64,000 nucleotides of DNA from an uncultured Alphaproteobacteria bacterium (GCA_963721105.1 CAVRHY010000003.1:2509-66508), one strand, 5' to 3'. Shown: positions 31,670 through 42,319, counted from the stretch's first letter. A program made the numbers and translations. Notes: generated from the letters alone by a model not told the origin.

Positions 31670-33721
31670 ATGAAGCTGCAAAGATACGCATGGGTATCCG
31701 CGGTCGCGCTGGCCGCGCTCACCGCGGGGTCGGCATACGCCGCCGACTGTCCCGGGATAACCGTCGACGACAACAAGGGGCTCACGAGCGAGTACCCGTA
31801 CCAGTTCGAGCTGTCCGAGTTCGAAAAGGCCGCCGACTGCACGATGACCTTCGAGGAAAACCCGGCGATCGGCGACATGAACGCCCGTATCCAGGGCAAC
31901 CCGAAGGAGCTGGCGCCGGTCGCCGAGCGCCTGCCCGACGAGCCGCTGGTCGTCGTGCCCTACCACGAGGTCGGCCATTACGGCGGCACGCTGCGCGCGC
32001 TGTCGAACGCCAACGAGGCGGGCACCTCGGACTTCCTGTCGATCCGGCACGTCAACCTGGTGCGCTATTCGGACGATCTGAAGACGATCGTGCCGATGGT
32101 CGCCAAGAGCTGGAAGTGGAACGACGACTACACCGAGCTGACCTTCACGCTGCGCAAGGGTCACAAGTGGTCGGACGGCGAGCCCTTCACCGCCGAGGAC
32201 GTCAAGTTCTGGTACGACCTCGAGATGGACACGAACATCATGGAGAAGCCGAAGGACTATGTCCTGGTCGGCGGCGAGCCCATGACGGTCGAGGTCGTCG
32301 ATCCGCAGACGGTCGTGTTCAAGCTGCCGGCGCCGAAACCCGGCCTGCTGGCGCACTTTGCCACCCATTTCGGCCAGGGCTTCCAGCCGAAGCACTTCCT
32401 CGGGCAGTTCGACCCGAACGTGAACCCTGACGCCGACAAGGCCGCGCAGGATCTGGGCTTCGAGAACGGCTATGCCGCGATCAAGGCCTATTTCGGCAAC
32501 TCGGACTGGACCGACACCGGTACGCCGATGCTGAACAGCCCGGACAAGGTGAAATCGCTGCCCAAGGCCGCGATGCCGACGCTTGAGAGCCATTTCGTCG
32601 TCGCCGAGTCGACCGAGGGTCGGCACTTCGTCGCCAACCCTTACTTCTTCGAGGTCGACACGACCGGCCAGCAACTGCCCTACATCAACGAACTGGACGA
32701 GGTCTTCATCAACGACCACGAGGTCCGGCTACTGAAGCTGGTCAACGCCGAGGTCGACTACAAGTCGCAGTCGCTGCAGCTGGCCGACGCGCCGATCCTG
32801 CTGCAGAATCAGGAGAAGGGCGACTACACGATCGACCTGAAGCCCGGCATCGCCATCCACGCCTTCTCGTTCAACACGACCGACGAGGACATGGAGAAGC
32901 GGAAGGTCTTCGACGACGTCCGCTTCCGCGAGGCGATGTCGATCGCGATCAACCGCGACGAGCTGAACGAGGTCGCTTATTTCGGCCAGGGCGAGCCGCG
33001 CCAGTACATCGGCTTCTCGCCGGCGCCGGAGTTCGTCGATCCCAAGTGGCTGAAGTACAAGACCGAGTACGATCCCGACCAGGCCAAGAAGCTGCTGGAC
33101 GACATCGGCATGAAGGACACCGACGGCGACGGTTTCCGCGAGCTGCCGAACGGCGATCAGTTCATCCTGAACATGCAGTTCGCGACGCAGGGCATCGCAG
33201 GCCAGGTGGTCGAGCTTGTCGGACAGTACTGGAAGGACGTCGGCATCAACACCACCGTCAAGGAGGTGACGCCCGACGAGTACCGCTCGGCGCAGTCGTC
33301 GAACCAGCTTGATATCGGCCTGTGGGAGAAGGGCCAGCCGCTGTCGATCGTGCTGGCGAACAACGAGCTGTTCGTGCCTCCCTTCGAGAACTATTTCGGC
33401 CACCGGACCGGCATGCTGTGGGCCGAATGGGTCGACACGAAGGGCGAGAAGGGCGTCGAGCCGCCGGACTACGTCAAGCAGATGATGGACGACATCAACG
33501 GCTTCCAGTCGGCCGAGGTCGGCTCGGACGAGTTCAACAAGCTGGGTGCCCGGCTGGTTGAGAACATGACGAAGAACCTGCTGTTCATCGGCACGGTGAT
33601 TTCGCCGAATCCGATCTACCATCGGAACGCGCTGAAGAACTTCGTCCCGTTCAAGACCGCGTCCTACGAGTACTACCGAACCTACCCCTACCGGCCGCAG
33701 CAGTGGTTCTTCGCCGAATAG
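31670..33721 (+). CDS. ABC transporter family-5 substrate-binding protein (sugar/oligosaccharide-type clade)
   Basis: Signal peptide; VAERLPDEPLVV, LRKGHKWSDGEPFTAEDV, NPYFFEVDTTGQQLPYI and DTDGDGFRELPNG. Confidence 0.9.
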   Translation: MKLQRYAWVSAVALAALTAGSAYAADCPGITVDDNKGLTSEYPYQFELSEFEKAADCTMTFEENPAIGDMNARIQGNPKELAPVAERLPDEPLVVVPYHEVGHYGGTLRALSNANEAGTSDFLSIRHVNLVRYSDDLKTIVPMVAKSWKWNDDYTELTFTLRKGHKWSDGEPFTAEDVKFWYDLEMDTNIMEKPKDYVLVGGEPMTVEVVDPQTVVFKLPAPKPGLLAHFATHFGQGFQPKHFLGQFDPNVNPDADKAAQDLGFENGYAAIKAYFGNSDWTDTGTPMLNSPDKVKSLPKAAMPTLESHFVVAESTEGRHFVANPYFFEVDTTGQQLPYINELDEVFINDHEVRLLKLVNAEVDYKSQSLQLADAPILLQNQEKGDYTIDLKPGIAIHAFSFNTTDEDMEKRKVFDDVRFREAMSIAINRDELNEVAYFGQGEPRQYIGFSPAPEFVDPKWLKYKTEYDPDQAKKLLDDIGMKDTDGDGFRELPNGDQFILNMQFATQGIAGQVVELVGQYWKDVGINTTVKEVTPDEYRSAQSSNQLDIGLWEKGQPLSIVLANNELFVPPFENYFGHRTGMLWAEWVDTKGEKGVEPPDYVKQMMDDINGFQSAEVGSDEFNKLGARLVENMTKNLLFIGTVISPNPIYHRNALKNFVPFKTASYEYYRTYPYRPQQWFFAE

Positions 33722-33822
33722 GGGACTGAGACCGGGCCGGGCGCGCGTGGCGCCCGGTCCATTGCCTGCCCGGGCGCGGTGCCGTCGCGACGGGTCGGGC
33801 CGGGGGTGACGGGAAGCGGCCG

Positions 33823-34836
33823 ATGGTCCAGTTCGCGAACTTCGTGCTGATGCGCGCGGCGATGGCGCTGTTCACGCTGTTCCTCGTCTCTCTCATCGTA
33901 TTCACGCTGATGGAGTTGGTGCCCGGCGACTGCGCCGAGCGCTACCTCGCCTTCAAGAACACGCAAGGGTCCGGCATCTCGGTCGCCGATATCCAGGCCG
34001 AGCGCGTCCGGCTGGGGCTGGACAAGCCGTTCCTCGAGCGCTGGGGAGGCTGGATCGGCAACGTCATGATCCATGGCGAGTTCGGCGAGAGCTGCATCTT
34101 GCGCGTCGACATCAACCAGCTTCTGGGCGACAAGTTCCTGATTTCTCTGGGCATCTGCCTGACGTCGCTGTTCCTGGCATATCTCATAGCCGTTCCTGTC
34201 GGGATGATCGCCGCCAGCGTGAAAAGTCCGACTCTCAACAATTCGCTGCGCTTCGTCAGTTACCTGGGGCTGGCTCTGCCGAACTTCCTGCTGGCACTGA
34301 TCATCATGCTCTGCTCGACGATTTGGTTCGGCGACAGCCTGACGGGGCTGTTCTCGGCGGCCTATCGCGACGCGCCGTGGTCATGGGCCAAGCTGGCCGA
34401 TTTCCTCAGCCGCGCCTGGTTGCCGGTGTTCATCCTCGGCTGGTCGGCGACCGCCTTCGCGCTGCAGACCGTCCGCGCGCTGATGTCGGACGAGATCGGC
34501 AAGCTCTACGTCACCGCCGCGGCGGCGCGCGGCATTTCGGGGCCGGCGCTGATCTGGCGCTATCCGGCGCGGCACGCGCTGGGGCCGGTCGTCAACTCGC
34601 TGGGCTTCGACCTCAACCGAATCTTCAACGAGCTGCCGATCGTCGCGCTGATCATGACGCTGACCGAGGCCGGCGCGCTGCTGATCGAGAGCCTCGCGCG
34701 GTCGAACGACCAGCAGTTGGCGGGTGCGATCATCTTCCTGCTGACCGCGTCCATCGTGACGCTGAACTTCCTGACCGACATCCTGCTGGCGCTGCTTGAC
34801 CCGCGCATCCGCAAGGGCGTGATGGGAACGGCGTGA
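33823..34836 (+). CDS. ABC transporter permease (OppB/DppB-like)
   Basis: ELVPGD, LGLDKPFLER, ALPNFLL and DILLALLDPRIR. Confidence 0.9.
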   Translation: MVQFANFVLMRAAMALFTLFLVSLIVFTLMELVPGDCAERYLAFKNTQGSGISVADIQAERVRLGLDKPFLERWGGWIGNVMIHGEFGESCILRVDINQLLGDKFLISLGICLTSLFLAYLIAVPVGMIAASVKSPTLNNSLRFVSYLGLALPNFLLALIIMLCSTIWFGDSLTGLFSAAYRDAPWSWAKLADFLSRAWLPVFILGWSATAFALQTVRALMSDEIGKLYVTAAAARGISGPALIWRYPARHALGPVVNSLGFDLNRIFNELPIVALIMTLTEAGALLIESLARSNDQQLAGAIIFLLTASIVTLNFLTDILLALLDPRIRKGVMGTA

Positions 34837-34912
34837 GGACGGAACACGCGATGCCGGGGGGCAGAACGGAACGGATGCGGAGCGGACGGGGACCTATGGG
34901 ACGGGGGATTGC

Positions 34913-36113
34913 ATGACCGAGGTTGCAGGCACGATCCCCGCCGCGACGGACGAGGTGCGCCGCAAGAAGGAGGCGTATTTCACAGCCTCGCAGTCGCAGC
35001 TGATCTGGGCGCGCTTCAAGCGCAACCGCTCGGCGATGATCGCGTTGGTGGCGCTGGTGACGATGGTCCTGATGGGGTTCTTCGCGCCGTTCCTGTCGCC
35101 CTACGACCCCACCGTCGCCGGGCGCGACCCGACCTACGAGAACGGCGCGCCGCAGATCCCGCGGTTCTGGGACGAGAACGGCTTCTCGTTCCGCCCCTTC
35201 GTCTACGGCACCGAACGCATGCGCTCGATCGAGACGAACTTTCGCTGGGTGACGACGATCAACCGCGCCGACCGGCGCTATATCCACTTCTTCGTCGACG
35301 GCTGGACCTACAGCATGATCGACAGCCGCATCGCGCTGCCGATCATCGAGGTCGACCTAAACCTGCGCGCGCTGACCTTCCACACCCACTTGTTCGGCGC
35401 GGACGAGGGGCAGGTCCATCTGTTCGGCACCGAGGCCTCGGGCAAGGACATCTTCAGCCGCACGCTGCACGCGATCTGGACCTCGCTGGCGGTCGGCACG
35501 ATCGGCGTCTTCCTGTCCTTCGTGCTGGCGTTGGTGATCGGCGGGGTGTCGGGCTATTTCGGCGGCTGGATTGACGGCATCATCCAGATGGTCACCGACG
35601 CCATCCGCACGGTGCCCGTGATTCCGCTGTTCATGGCGATCGCCGCCTTCATCCCGCAGACCTGGAGCTCGGAGACGCAGGTTCTTCTTCATCTCCTGCG
35701 TCATCGGGTTGCTGAACTGGCCGACGCTGGCCCGGCGAATACGCACGCACCTGCTGACCGAGCGCAGCCAGGAATACGTGCTGGCAGCGCAGCTTTCGGG
35801 CGCATCGTCAGCGCACATCATCCGCCGCCATCTGCTGCCCAGCTTCACCAGCTACATCATCGTCGACCTGATGATCTCGTTCCCCTACATGGTCCGCGCC
35901 GAAACGGCGCTCAGCTTCATCGGGCTGGGGCTGAAGGATCCGGTGAACTCGCTGGGATCGCTGCTGCAGAACGTGTCGAAGGCGGACGTGCTGCTGAACT
36001 ATCAGTGGTACATGATCCCGGTCTTCTTCTTCGTCGCGCTGGTGCTGGCCTTCGTCTATGTCGGCGACGGGCTGCGCGACGCCGCCGATCCCTACGCCAA
36101 GTCCGGAAAGTGA
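34913..36113 (+). CDS. ABC transporter permease (OppC/DppC-like); frameshift near 35680
   Basis: HLFGTEASGKDIFSR, EYVLAAQLSGAS, ETALSFIGLG and GDGLRDAADPY. Confidence 0.9.
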
Positions 36114-36117
36114 AGCC

Positions 36118-37119
36118 GTGAGCCTGCTCAAGGTCGAGAACCTGACGGTCCAGTTCAAGACCGACGAAGGCCGCATCGTCGCGGTCGACGACGTGTCCTT
36201 CGAGCTCGAGCCCGGCAAGGTGATGGGGCTGGTCGGCGAGTCCGGCTCGGGCAAGTCGGTGACGGCCAAGGCGCTGATGCAGCTGAACCCGGACAACACC
36301 GTCTATGCGCCGGGCAGCCGCATCACGCTGGAGCTCGACGGAGACCGCGTCGACGTGCTGAAGCTGCGCTCTAACCGCGAGCTGCGCGTCGTCCGCGGTG
36401 GCGCCGTCTCGATGATCTTCCAGGAGCCGATGGCCAGCTTCGCGCCCGCCATCACGATCGGCGACCAGATGGTCGAGCAGTTGGTGCTCCACAAGCGCGT
36501 TACCAAGCGCGAGGCGCGCGACCATTCGATCCACATGCTCGAGCGGGTAGGCATCTCGGACGCCCCGAAACGCTTCAACCAGTATGCGTTCGAGCTGTCG
36601 GGCGGCATGCGCCAGCGTGCGATGATCGCCATGGCGCTGTCGACGCAGCCGAAGCTGCTGATCGCCGACGAGCCCACGACGGCGCTGGACGTCACGATCC
36701 AGGCGCAGGTGATCGACCTGATGAAGGACCTCGTCGCCGAGTTTCACATGGGCATCATCTTCATCACGCACGACCTTGGCGTGATCGCCCAGACCGCCGA
36801 CACGGTCGCCGTCATGTATCTCGGCCGCATCGTCGAGCAGGGGCCGGTGCGCGACGTCATCCGCAACCCGGCGCACCCCTACACCAAGGGCCTGCTGCAC
36901 GCGCTACCGGATCTGGAGAACCTCGATGCGCCGCTGACGCCGGTGCCGGGCGACATCCCGAGCCCCCTGGAGCGCCCGCCCGGCTGCGTCTTCCACACCC
37001 GCTGCCCTGAGGTCATCCGCGGTCGCTGCAACGTCGCCGTGCCGCGAATGGCGATGCTGAAGCAAGGCCACACCGCCGCCTGCTTCGCTGTCGAGGACGC
37101 GCTGGTGCCCCAGGCATGA
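36118..37119 (+). CDS. ABC transporter ATP-binding protein (OppD-like)
   Basis: GESGSGKS, LSGGMRQR, ADEPTTALD and GCVFHTRC. Confidence 0.93.
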   Translation: MSLLKVENLTVQFKTDEGRIVAVDDVSFELEPGKVMGLVGESGSGKSVTAKALMQLNPDNTVYAPGSRITLELDGDRVDVLKLRSNRELRVVRGGAVSMIFQEPMASFAPAITIGDQMVEQLVLHKRVTKREARDHSIHMLERVGISDAPKRFNQYAFELSGGMRQRAMIAMALSTQPKLLIADEPTTALDVTIQAQVIDLMKDLVAEFHMGIIFITHDLGVIAQTADTVAVMYLGRIVEQGPVRDVIRNPAHPYTKGLLHALPDLENLDAPLTPVPGDIPSPLERPPGCVFHTRCPEVIRGRCNVAVPRMAMLKQGHTAACFAVEDALVPQA

Positions 37120-38126
37120 CCCAGAAACCCATCATGGCGGTCCGCGACCTTGCGGTGCATTTCCCGATCGGGGGCGGCCTGTTCGGCGCGAAATCGGTCG
37201 TGCAAGCGGTCGAGGGCGTGACCCTCGACATCCCGCGCGGCTCGTTCTTCGGGCTGGTCGGGGAATCCGGCTCGGGCAAGACGACGCTGGGCCGCGCCAT
37301 GCTGAAGGCGGCGCCGATCACGCGCGGCCACGTGAACTACGTGGACAGCGAGGTCGCCTACGACCTCGCCACGATCACCAGGGCCGAGCTCAAGGACTAT
37401 CGCAAGCGCGCACAGCTTATCTTCCAGGACCCCTACGCGGCGCTGAGCCCGCGCATGACCGTGCGCGACATCATCGCCGAGCCGCTGGAGGTGATGGGCA
37501 TCACGAAGGGCCGCGAGGCGACAGACCGCCGCGTTCGCGAGATCGCCGCCAAGTGCCGGCTGAACCTCGAACACCTGCGCCGCTTCCCGCACGCCTTCTC
37601 GGGTGGGCAGCGCCAGCGCATCTCGATCGCCCGGGCGCTGGTGGCCAGCCCCCGCTTCGTCGTCGCCGACGAATCGGTAGCGGCGCTGGACGTCTCGATC
37701 CAGGCCGACGTGCTGAACCTGCTGAAGGAGCTGAAGCGCGATCTCGGCCTGACCATCCTGTTCATCAGCCACGACCTCAGCGTCGTTGCGCACATCTGCG
37801 ACCACGTCGCGGTGATGTACCTGGGCCGGCTGGTCGAGACGGCGCCGACTCGCCAGCTCTTCGCAATGCCGCGGCACCCCTACACAAAGGCGCTTCTGTC
37901 GGCGATTCCGTCGCTGGACCCGGACGACCGCGGCAAGCTGCAAAAACTGGAAGGCGAGATCCCCAGCCCGACGAACCCGCCTCCGGGCTGCAAGTTCCAC
38001 ACGCGCTGCCCGCACGCCATCGACATATGCCGCACCGTCGAGCCCGAGTTGGAGATCGACGCCGGCGAGCGCGCCGTCTCCTGCCACCGCTGGCGCGAAC
38101 TGGCCGAGGCGGTCCCGGCGGAGTGA
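37116..38126 (+). CDS. ABC transporter ATP-binding protein (OppF-like)
   Basis: GESGSGKT, FSGGQRQR and GCKFHTRC. Confidence 0.93.
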   Translation: MTQKPIMAVRDLAVHFPIGGGLFGAKSVVQAVEGVTLDIPRGSFFGLVGESGSGKTTLGRAMLKAAPITRGHVNYVDSEVAYDLATITRAELKDYRKRAQLIFQDPYAALSPRMTVRDIIAEPLEVMGITKGREATDRRVREIAAKCRLNLEHLRRFPHAFSGGQRQRISIARALVASPRFVVADESVAALDVSIQADVLNLLKELKRDLGLTILFISHDLSVVAHICDHVAVMYLGRLVETAPTRQLFAMPRHPYTKALLSAIPSLDPDDRGKLQKLEGEIPSPTNPPPGCKFHTRCPHAIDICRTVEPELEIDAGERAVSCHRWRELAEAVPAE

Positions 38127-38201
38127 CGCGGCGCGGGCGGCACAGACGCCGTGGCTTCGCGGCCGATACACATTCTGGCCGAACCGGGCTATGACGCCGG
38201 G

Positions 38202-39446
38202 ATGCAGGTGGACAAGACATCCCCGGCTCGCGCGGCCGATGACGACCCGGTCCGCCGGCAATACGAGGCGCTGCCCTATCCGCAGCGCGACCCGGCCGAC
38301 GAGGCCCGGCGGCTGGTCGAGGGTTCGCCCTCGCACCCGGTCGAGATCGACCATTTCCTGTTCCGCGGCCGGCGCGACTGGACCCGGCCGTTCCGCGCGC
38401 TGGTCGGCGGCGGCGGCACGGGCGACGGGCTGGTCATGCTGGCGCAGAAGCTGGCCGATATCGGCTGCCCGGCCGAGCTGACCTATCTGGACCTCTCCGA
38501 GGCCAGCCGGGCGGTCGCCGAGGCGCGCATGGCCGCGCGCGGCCTGTCGGCCCGGTTCCTGACCGGCGACCTGCTGTCGGCGCCGGAGCTTGGGCCGTTC
38601 GACTACATCGACTGCTGCGGCGTGCTGCATCACCTGGCCGATCCCGACGCCGGGTTCCGCGCGCTGGCGCAGGCGCTTGGGCCACAGGGTGGCATCGGCC
38701 TGATGGTCTATGCCCCCTATGGCCGGACCGGCGTCTACCCGTTGCAGGCGGCCTTTGGTGCGCTCTTCGCCGGCGACGACCCGGCCGGGAAGGTGCGCCT
38801 CGCCCGGGCGGCGCTGGCCACGCTGCCGGCGGGCCACCCGTTCCTGAGGAACGAGGTGCTGGGCGACCACCGCGCCTCGGATGCCGGGCTGCACGATCTG
38901 CTCCTTCACGCCCGCGACCGGGCCTACACGGTCACCGAGCTCTGCGCCGCGCTGGACCGCGCCGGGCTGGATCTGGTCTCGTTCGTCGAGCCGGCGCGCT
39001 ACGACCCGCTGCGCTACCTGCCGGAAAGCGCGGATTTCGCCCGGCGCGCCGCTGCGCTGGACCCGGTGGCGCGCATGGGCGTGGCCGAGCAGCTGGCCGG
39101 CAACATCAAGACGCATGTCGCCTATGCCGTGCCCCATGGCCGGGGACCGGCCGAGGCGCGGCCGACCGCGCCCGAGCTGGTCCCGCACCTCGCCCGCATC
39201 GCCGCCGGGCCGCTGGCGCAACAGGTAAAGGCGAAGGGCGGCGTCACCGTCACCTGCGACGGCGCCCCGTTCCGCCTCGCGCTGCCGCGCGAGGCGGCGC
39301 CTCTCATTGCCCGCATCGATGGCCGCCGGACGCTGGGCCAGATCGCCGGCCGTGACTGGCTTGCCGCCGGCACGGCCTGGGCGCCCGTTCACCGGGCGCT
39401 GACGGGCTTCAACCTGATGCATTACTCGACCGGAGCGCGCCGGTGA
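38202..39446 (+). CDS. Class I SAM-dependent methyltransferase with C-terminal extension, substrate unknown
   Basis: QYEALPYP, LVGGGGTG (motif I), YLDLSEAS and FDYIDCCGVLHHLADP. Confidence 0.85.
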   Translation: MQVDKTSPARAADDDPVRRQYEALPYPQRDPADEARRLVEGSPSHPVEIDHFLFRGRRDWTRPFRALVGGGGTGDGLVMLAQKLADIGCPAELTYLDLSEASRAVAEARMAARGLSARFLTGDLLSAPELGPFDYIDCCGVLHHLADPDAGFRALAQALGPQGGIGLMVYAPYGRTGVYPLQAAFGALFAGDDPAGKVRLARAALATLPAGHPFLRNEVLGDHRASDAGLHDLLLHARDRAYTVTELCAALDRAGLDLVSFVEPARYDPLRYLPESADFARRAAALDPVARMGVAEQLAGNIKTHVAYAVPHGRGPAEARPTAPELVPHLARIAAGPLAQQVKAKGGVTVTCDGAPFRLALPREAAPLIARIDGRRTLGQIAGRDWLAAGTAWAPVHRALTGFNLMHYSTGARR

Positions 39447-40321
39447 TACTCGACCATGCCCCCTACACGCCGTTCATGGAGCCCCGCACAGCGCACCCGC
39501 CGGGGCTGGCGCCGCTCGACATGCGCGAGTGGACCGTGCGCCACGCCGATTTCGAGGGGCAGATGGCGGAGCGCCGACGACTGCTGGCCGAGCACCCGGA
39601 TACCGTCCTCGGCGCGCTCCACGAGGGCGAGGATCCCGGCGAGGAACTGCTGGAGATGCTGCTGGCCCATCTCGGCGACGCGCGGCCACTGACGCTGGAG
39701 GAGAAGTTCTGCCAGCTCACCGCCATCGGGCGGCTGGTCTGCGAGGATTTCTGCCTGCTGGTGCCGGATGACGCCTCCGGCGAGTACCGGCTGGCGGCGG
39801 CCGTGCTTTGCTTCCCCTCGCGCTGGCTGCTGTCGGAAAAGCTGGGCCGCCCGCTGACGCCCATCCACACGCCGGTGCCGGACTATGCCGGCGATCTCGC
39901 GCGCCGCGTCAACCGCGTCTTCGAGGCGCTGCGCCCCGAGCGCCCGCTGGTGCGCGTCAACTGGTCTGTCCACCCGACGCCCGAGCTGTTTCTGCCGCAG
40001 AGCGAGAGCGAGAAGATCGCGCCCTTCCGCCCCGGCGACGAGGCGCGGTTCTACCTGCGCACCGAGCGCCAGACGCTCGTCCGCCTGCCGCGCACGGGCG
40101 CGGTCGCTTTCGGCATCAAGACCTCGGTGACGCCCGTCGAGCGGCTGGCGCCGGCGGTGGCGCAGGGCCTCGCCGGGGCGCTGCGCGGGCTGGGCGACGG
40201 CATGGTCGGCTACAAGGGCGGCCGCGCCCGCGTCGATGCCGCCATCGCCCGGCTGGAGGCGCTGGCTTGCGCCGATGCCGGGCAGGATACACATCAACAG
40301 CGGGTTTCAGGAGGAGACTGA
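39443..40321 (+). CDS. DUF3445 / heme-dependent oxidative N-demethylase alpha-subunit-like protein
   Basis: PPGLAPLD, VCEDFCLL, AAVLCFPSRWLLSEKLGRPLTPIHTPVP, RVNWS and RTERQTLVRLPRTGAVAFGI; GTGA overlap with the methyltransferase. Confidence 0.85.
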   Translation: MILDHAPYTPFMEPRTAHPPGLAPLDMREWTVRHADFEGQMAERRRLLAEHPDTVLGALHEGEDPGEELLEMLLAHLGDARPLTLEEKFCQLTAIGRLVCEDFCLLVPDDASGEYRLAAAVLCFPSRWLLSEKLGRPLTPIHTPVPDYAGDLARRVNRVFEALRPERPLVRVNWSVHPTPELFLPQSESEKIAPFRPGDEARFYLRTERQTLVRLPRTGAVAFGIKTSVTPVERLAPAVAQGLAGALRGLGDGMVGYKGGRARVDAAIARLEALACADAGQDTHQQRVSGGD

Positions 40322-40323
40322 CC

Positions 40324-41493
40324 ATGTCCGTCGTCATCGTCGGCGCCGCGCGCACCCCCATGGGCGGCTTCCAGGGCGAACTGTCGCCCGCCACCGCGCC
40401 GGAACTCGGCGCGACCGCGATCAGATCCGCGCTCGACCGGGCCGGCGTCGCGGCCGAGTCCGTCGACGAGGTGCTGATGGGCTGCGTGCTGGCGGCCGGC
40501 CAGGGTCAGGCGCCGGCGCGGCAGGCGGCCTTCGGTGCCGGACTGCCCGACAGCGTGCCGTGCTCGACCGTCAACAAGATGTGCGGCTCCGGCATGAAGA
40601 CCGTGATGATGGGCATGGATTCGCTCCGCGCCGGCGAGGGGCGGATCGTGATCGCTGGCGGCATGGAGAGCATGACGAACGCCCCCTACATCGCGCCCAA
40701 GATGCGCGGGGGCGCGCGGCTTGGTCACGCGCAGATGCTCGACCACATGTTCCTCGACGGATTGGAGGACGCATACGACAAGGGCCGCCTGATGGGCACC
40801 TTCGCCGAGGACTGCGCCGAGCAGTACCAGTTTACGCGCGAGAGCCAGGACGAATACGCGCTGGCCTCGCTGGACGGCGCGCTGCGCGCGCAGTCTGAGG
40901 GCTGGTTCGACCGCGAGATCGCGCCCGTGACGGTGACGGGGCGCAAGGGTTCTGACGAGATTGCCACTGACGAGCAGCCGCGCAACGCCCGGCCCGACAA
41001 GATCCCGACGCTGAAGCCCGCCTTCCGCAAGGACGGTACGGTTACTGCGGCGAACTCGTCGTCGATCTCGGACGGCGCGGCCGCGCTGGTCCTGATGCGC
41101 GAGGCGGACGCGAACGGCCATGAGATTCGCGCCCGCATCGTCGCGCACGCCAGCCACGCGCAGAAGCCGTCGCTGTTCACCACCGCGCCGGTCGCCGCGA
41201 TCCGCAAGGTGCTGGACAAGGCCGGCTGGGAGATTTGCGACGTCGACCTCTGGGAGATCAACGAGGCGTTCGCCGTCGTCCCGATGGCGGCGATGCGCGA
41301 GCTCGGCATCCCGCGCGAGAAGCTGAACGTCAATGGCGGCGCCTGCGCGCTCGGCCACCCGATCGGCGCCTCGGGCGCGCGCATCATCGTGACTCTCCTG
41401 CACGAGATGGAGCGCCGTGGCGTGATGAAGGGCGTCGCCAGCCTGTGCATCGGCGGCGGCGAGGGCACGGCTGTCGCCATCGAGCGCCGCTGA
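40324..41493 (+). CDS. Acetyl-CoA C-acyltransferase (thiolase)
   Basis: ARTPMG, NKMCGSGM, EINEAF, GHPIGASGAR and CIGGGEG. Confidence 0.95.
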   Translation: MSVVIVGAARTPMGGFQGELSPATAPELGATAIRSALDRAGVAAESVDEVLMGCVLAAGQGQAPARQAAFGAGLPDSVPCSTVNKMCGSGMKTVMMGMDSLRAGEGRIVIAGGMESMTNAPYIAPKMRGGARLGHAQMLDHMFLDGLEDAYDKGRLMGTFAEDCAEQYQFTRESQDEYALASLDGALRAQSEGWFDREIAPVTVTGRKGSDEIATDEQPRNARPDKIPTLKPAFRKDGTVTAANSSSISDGAAALVLMREADANGHEIRARIVAHASHAQKPSLFTTAPVAAIRKVLDKAGWEICDVDLWEINEAFAVVPMAAMRELGIPREKLNVNGGACALGHPIGASGARIIVTLLHEMERRGVMKGVASLCIGGGEGTAVAIERR

Positions 41494-41495
41494 TC

Positions 41496-42155
41496 GTGGC
41501 GCTGCGCATCGCGGAGCGGCCGGACTGGGTCTACCTGCTGCGCGAGATCAAGGAACTCTACCGCCGTTCGGGCGCGGGCGGCAGCGCCAGGATCGGCGCG
41601 CACCAGAGGCAGGTGCGCGACACGGTCGGCCGGTTGATCGGGGCGAACCCGGCCCTACTCGAGCGGGTCACCGAGGACAAGCCGGTGACGACCCATTTGC
41701 GCCGCGCGCTGGACAATGGGCGGCAGGAATCGACCCAGTCCGTGCTGCGCGCGCTGGAGCCGGTATTGCCGGCGCTGAGTTGGCTCTTCGGCTACGAGAA
41801 GGTGCCACGCGGGCTGGCCTCGAAATACGCCTATGCCGAGATCGCAGGACCGCATGGGCCGGTCGAGAGCGCCGATATCATCCTGGGGCTGGTGCTGTTC
41901 GGTCCGAAATGCACCTATCCGGCGCATTCGCACCAAGGGTTGACCGAGAGCTACTACATTCTGTCGGGCGCCGTCAGCGAGAACGACGAGGGCGTCTATG
42001 CGCCCGGATCGCTGATCTTCAACCCGCCCGGCCGGATGCACCGGATCACGGTCAGCAACCGCGAGCCGGCGCTGCTCGCATATGCTTGGGCCGGCCCTCG
42101 CGATAAGCTGGCAGATCAGAAGATGGAATTCTCCCGCAAGAGGAAGACGGAATAG
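41496..42155 (+). CDS. dddL: DMSP lyase DddL-family cupin
   Basis: PDWVYLLRE...GAGGS, KPVTTHLRRALD, WLFGYEKVPRGLASKYAYAE, GLVLFGPKCTYPAHSHQGLTESY, SENDEGVYAPGSLIFN and HRIT...PALLAYAW are colinear with rhodobacteral DddL as I recall it; the cupin HxHx4ExY motif and distal His are intact. Confidence 0.85.
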   Translation: MALRIAERPDWVYLLREIKELYRRSGAGGSARIGAHQRQVRDTVGRLIGANPALLERVTEDKPVTTHLRRALDNGRQESTQSVLRALEPVLPALSWLFGYEKVPRGLASKYAYAEIAGPHGPVESADIILGLVLFGPKCTYPAHSHQGLTESYYILSGAVSENDEGVYAPGSLIFNPPGRMHRITVSNREPALLAYAWAGPRDKLADQKMEFSRKRKTE

Positions 42156-42318
42156 GGCACGCCAAGGACATGGTGGGCCAGCACGCCCCGGCCGAGAAGC
42201 TGAAGGCTATCTTCGGGCAGGAGGACGTCACCTTTGTCGACTTCCGGGACATGGTGCGCTACTCAGCGCGCTCGCGGCTGCGCCCGCGGCGCGCGCGAGA
42301 AGGCGGGCGCCATCGAGC
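42152..42318 (+). pseudogene. Decayed duplicate: rhodanese 5' part fused by deletion to an acyl-CoA dehydrogenase 5' fragment
   Basis: 42152-42250 aligns to 44032-44148 (start ATG changed to ATA, short internal deletion); 42243-42318 aligns to 44452-44532. Confidence 0.85.
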
Positions 42319-42319
42319 A

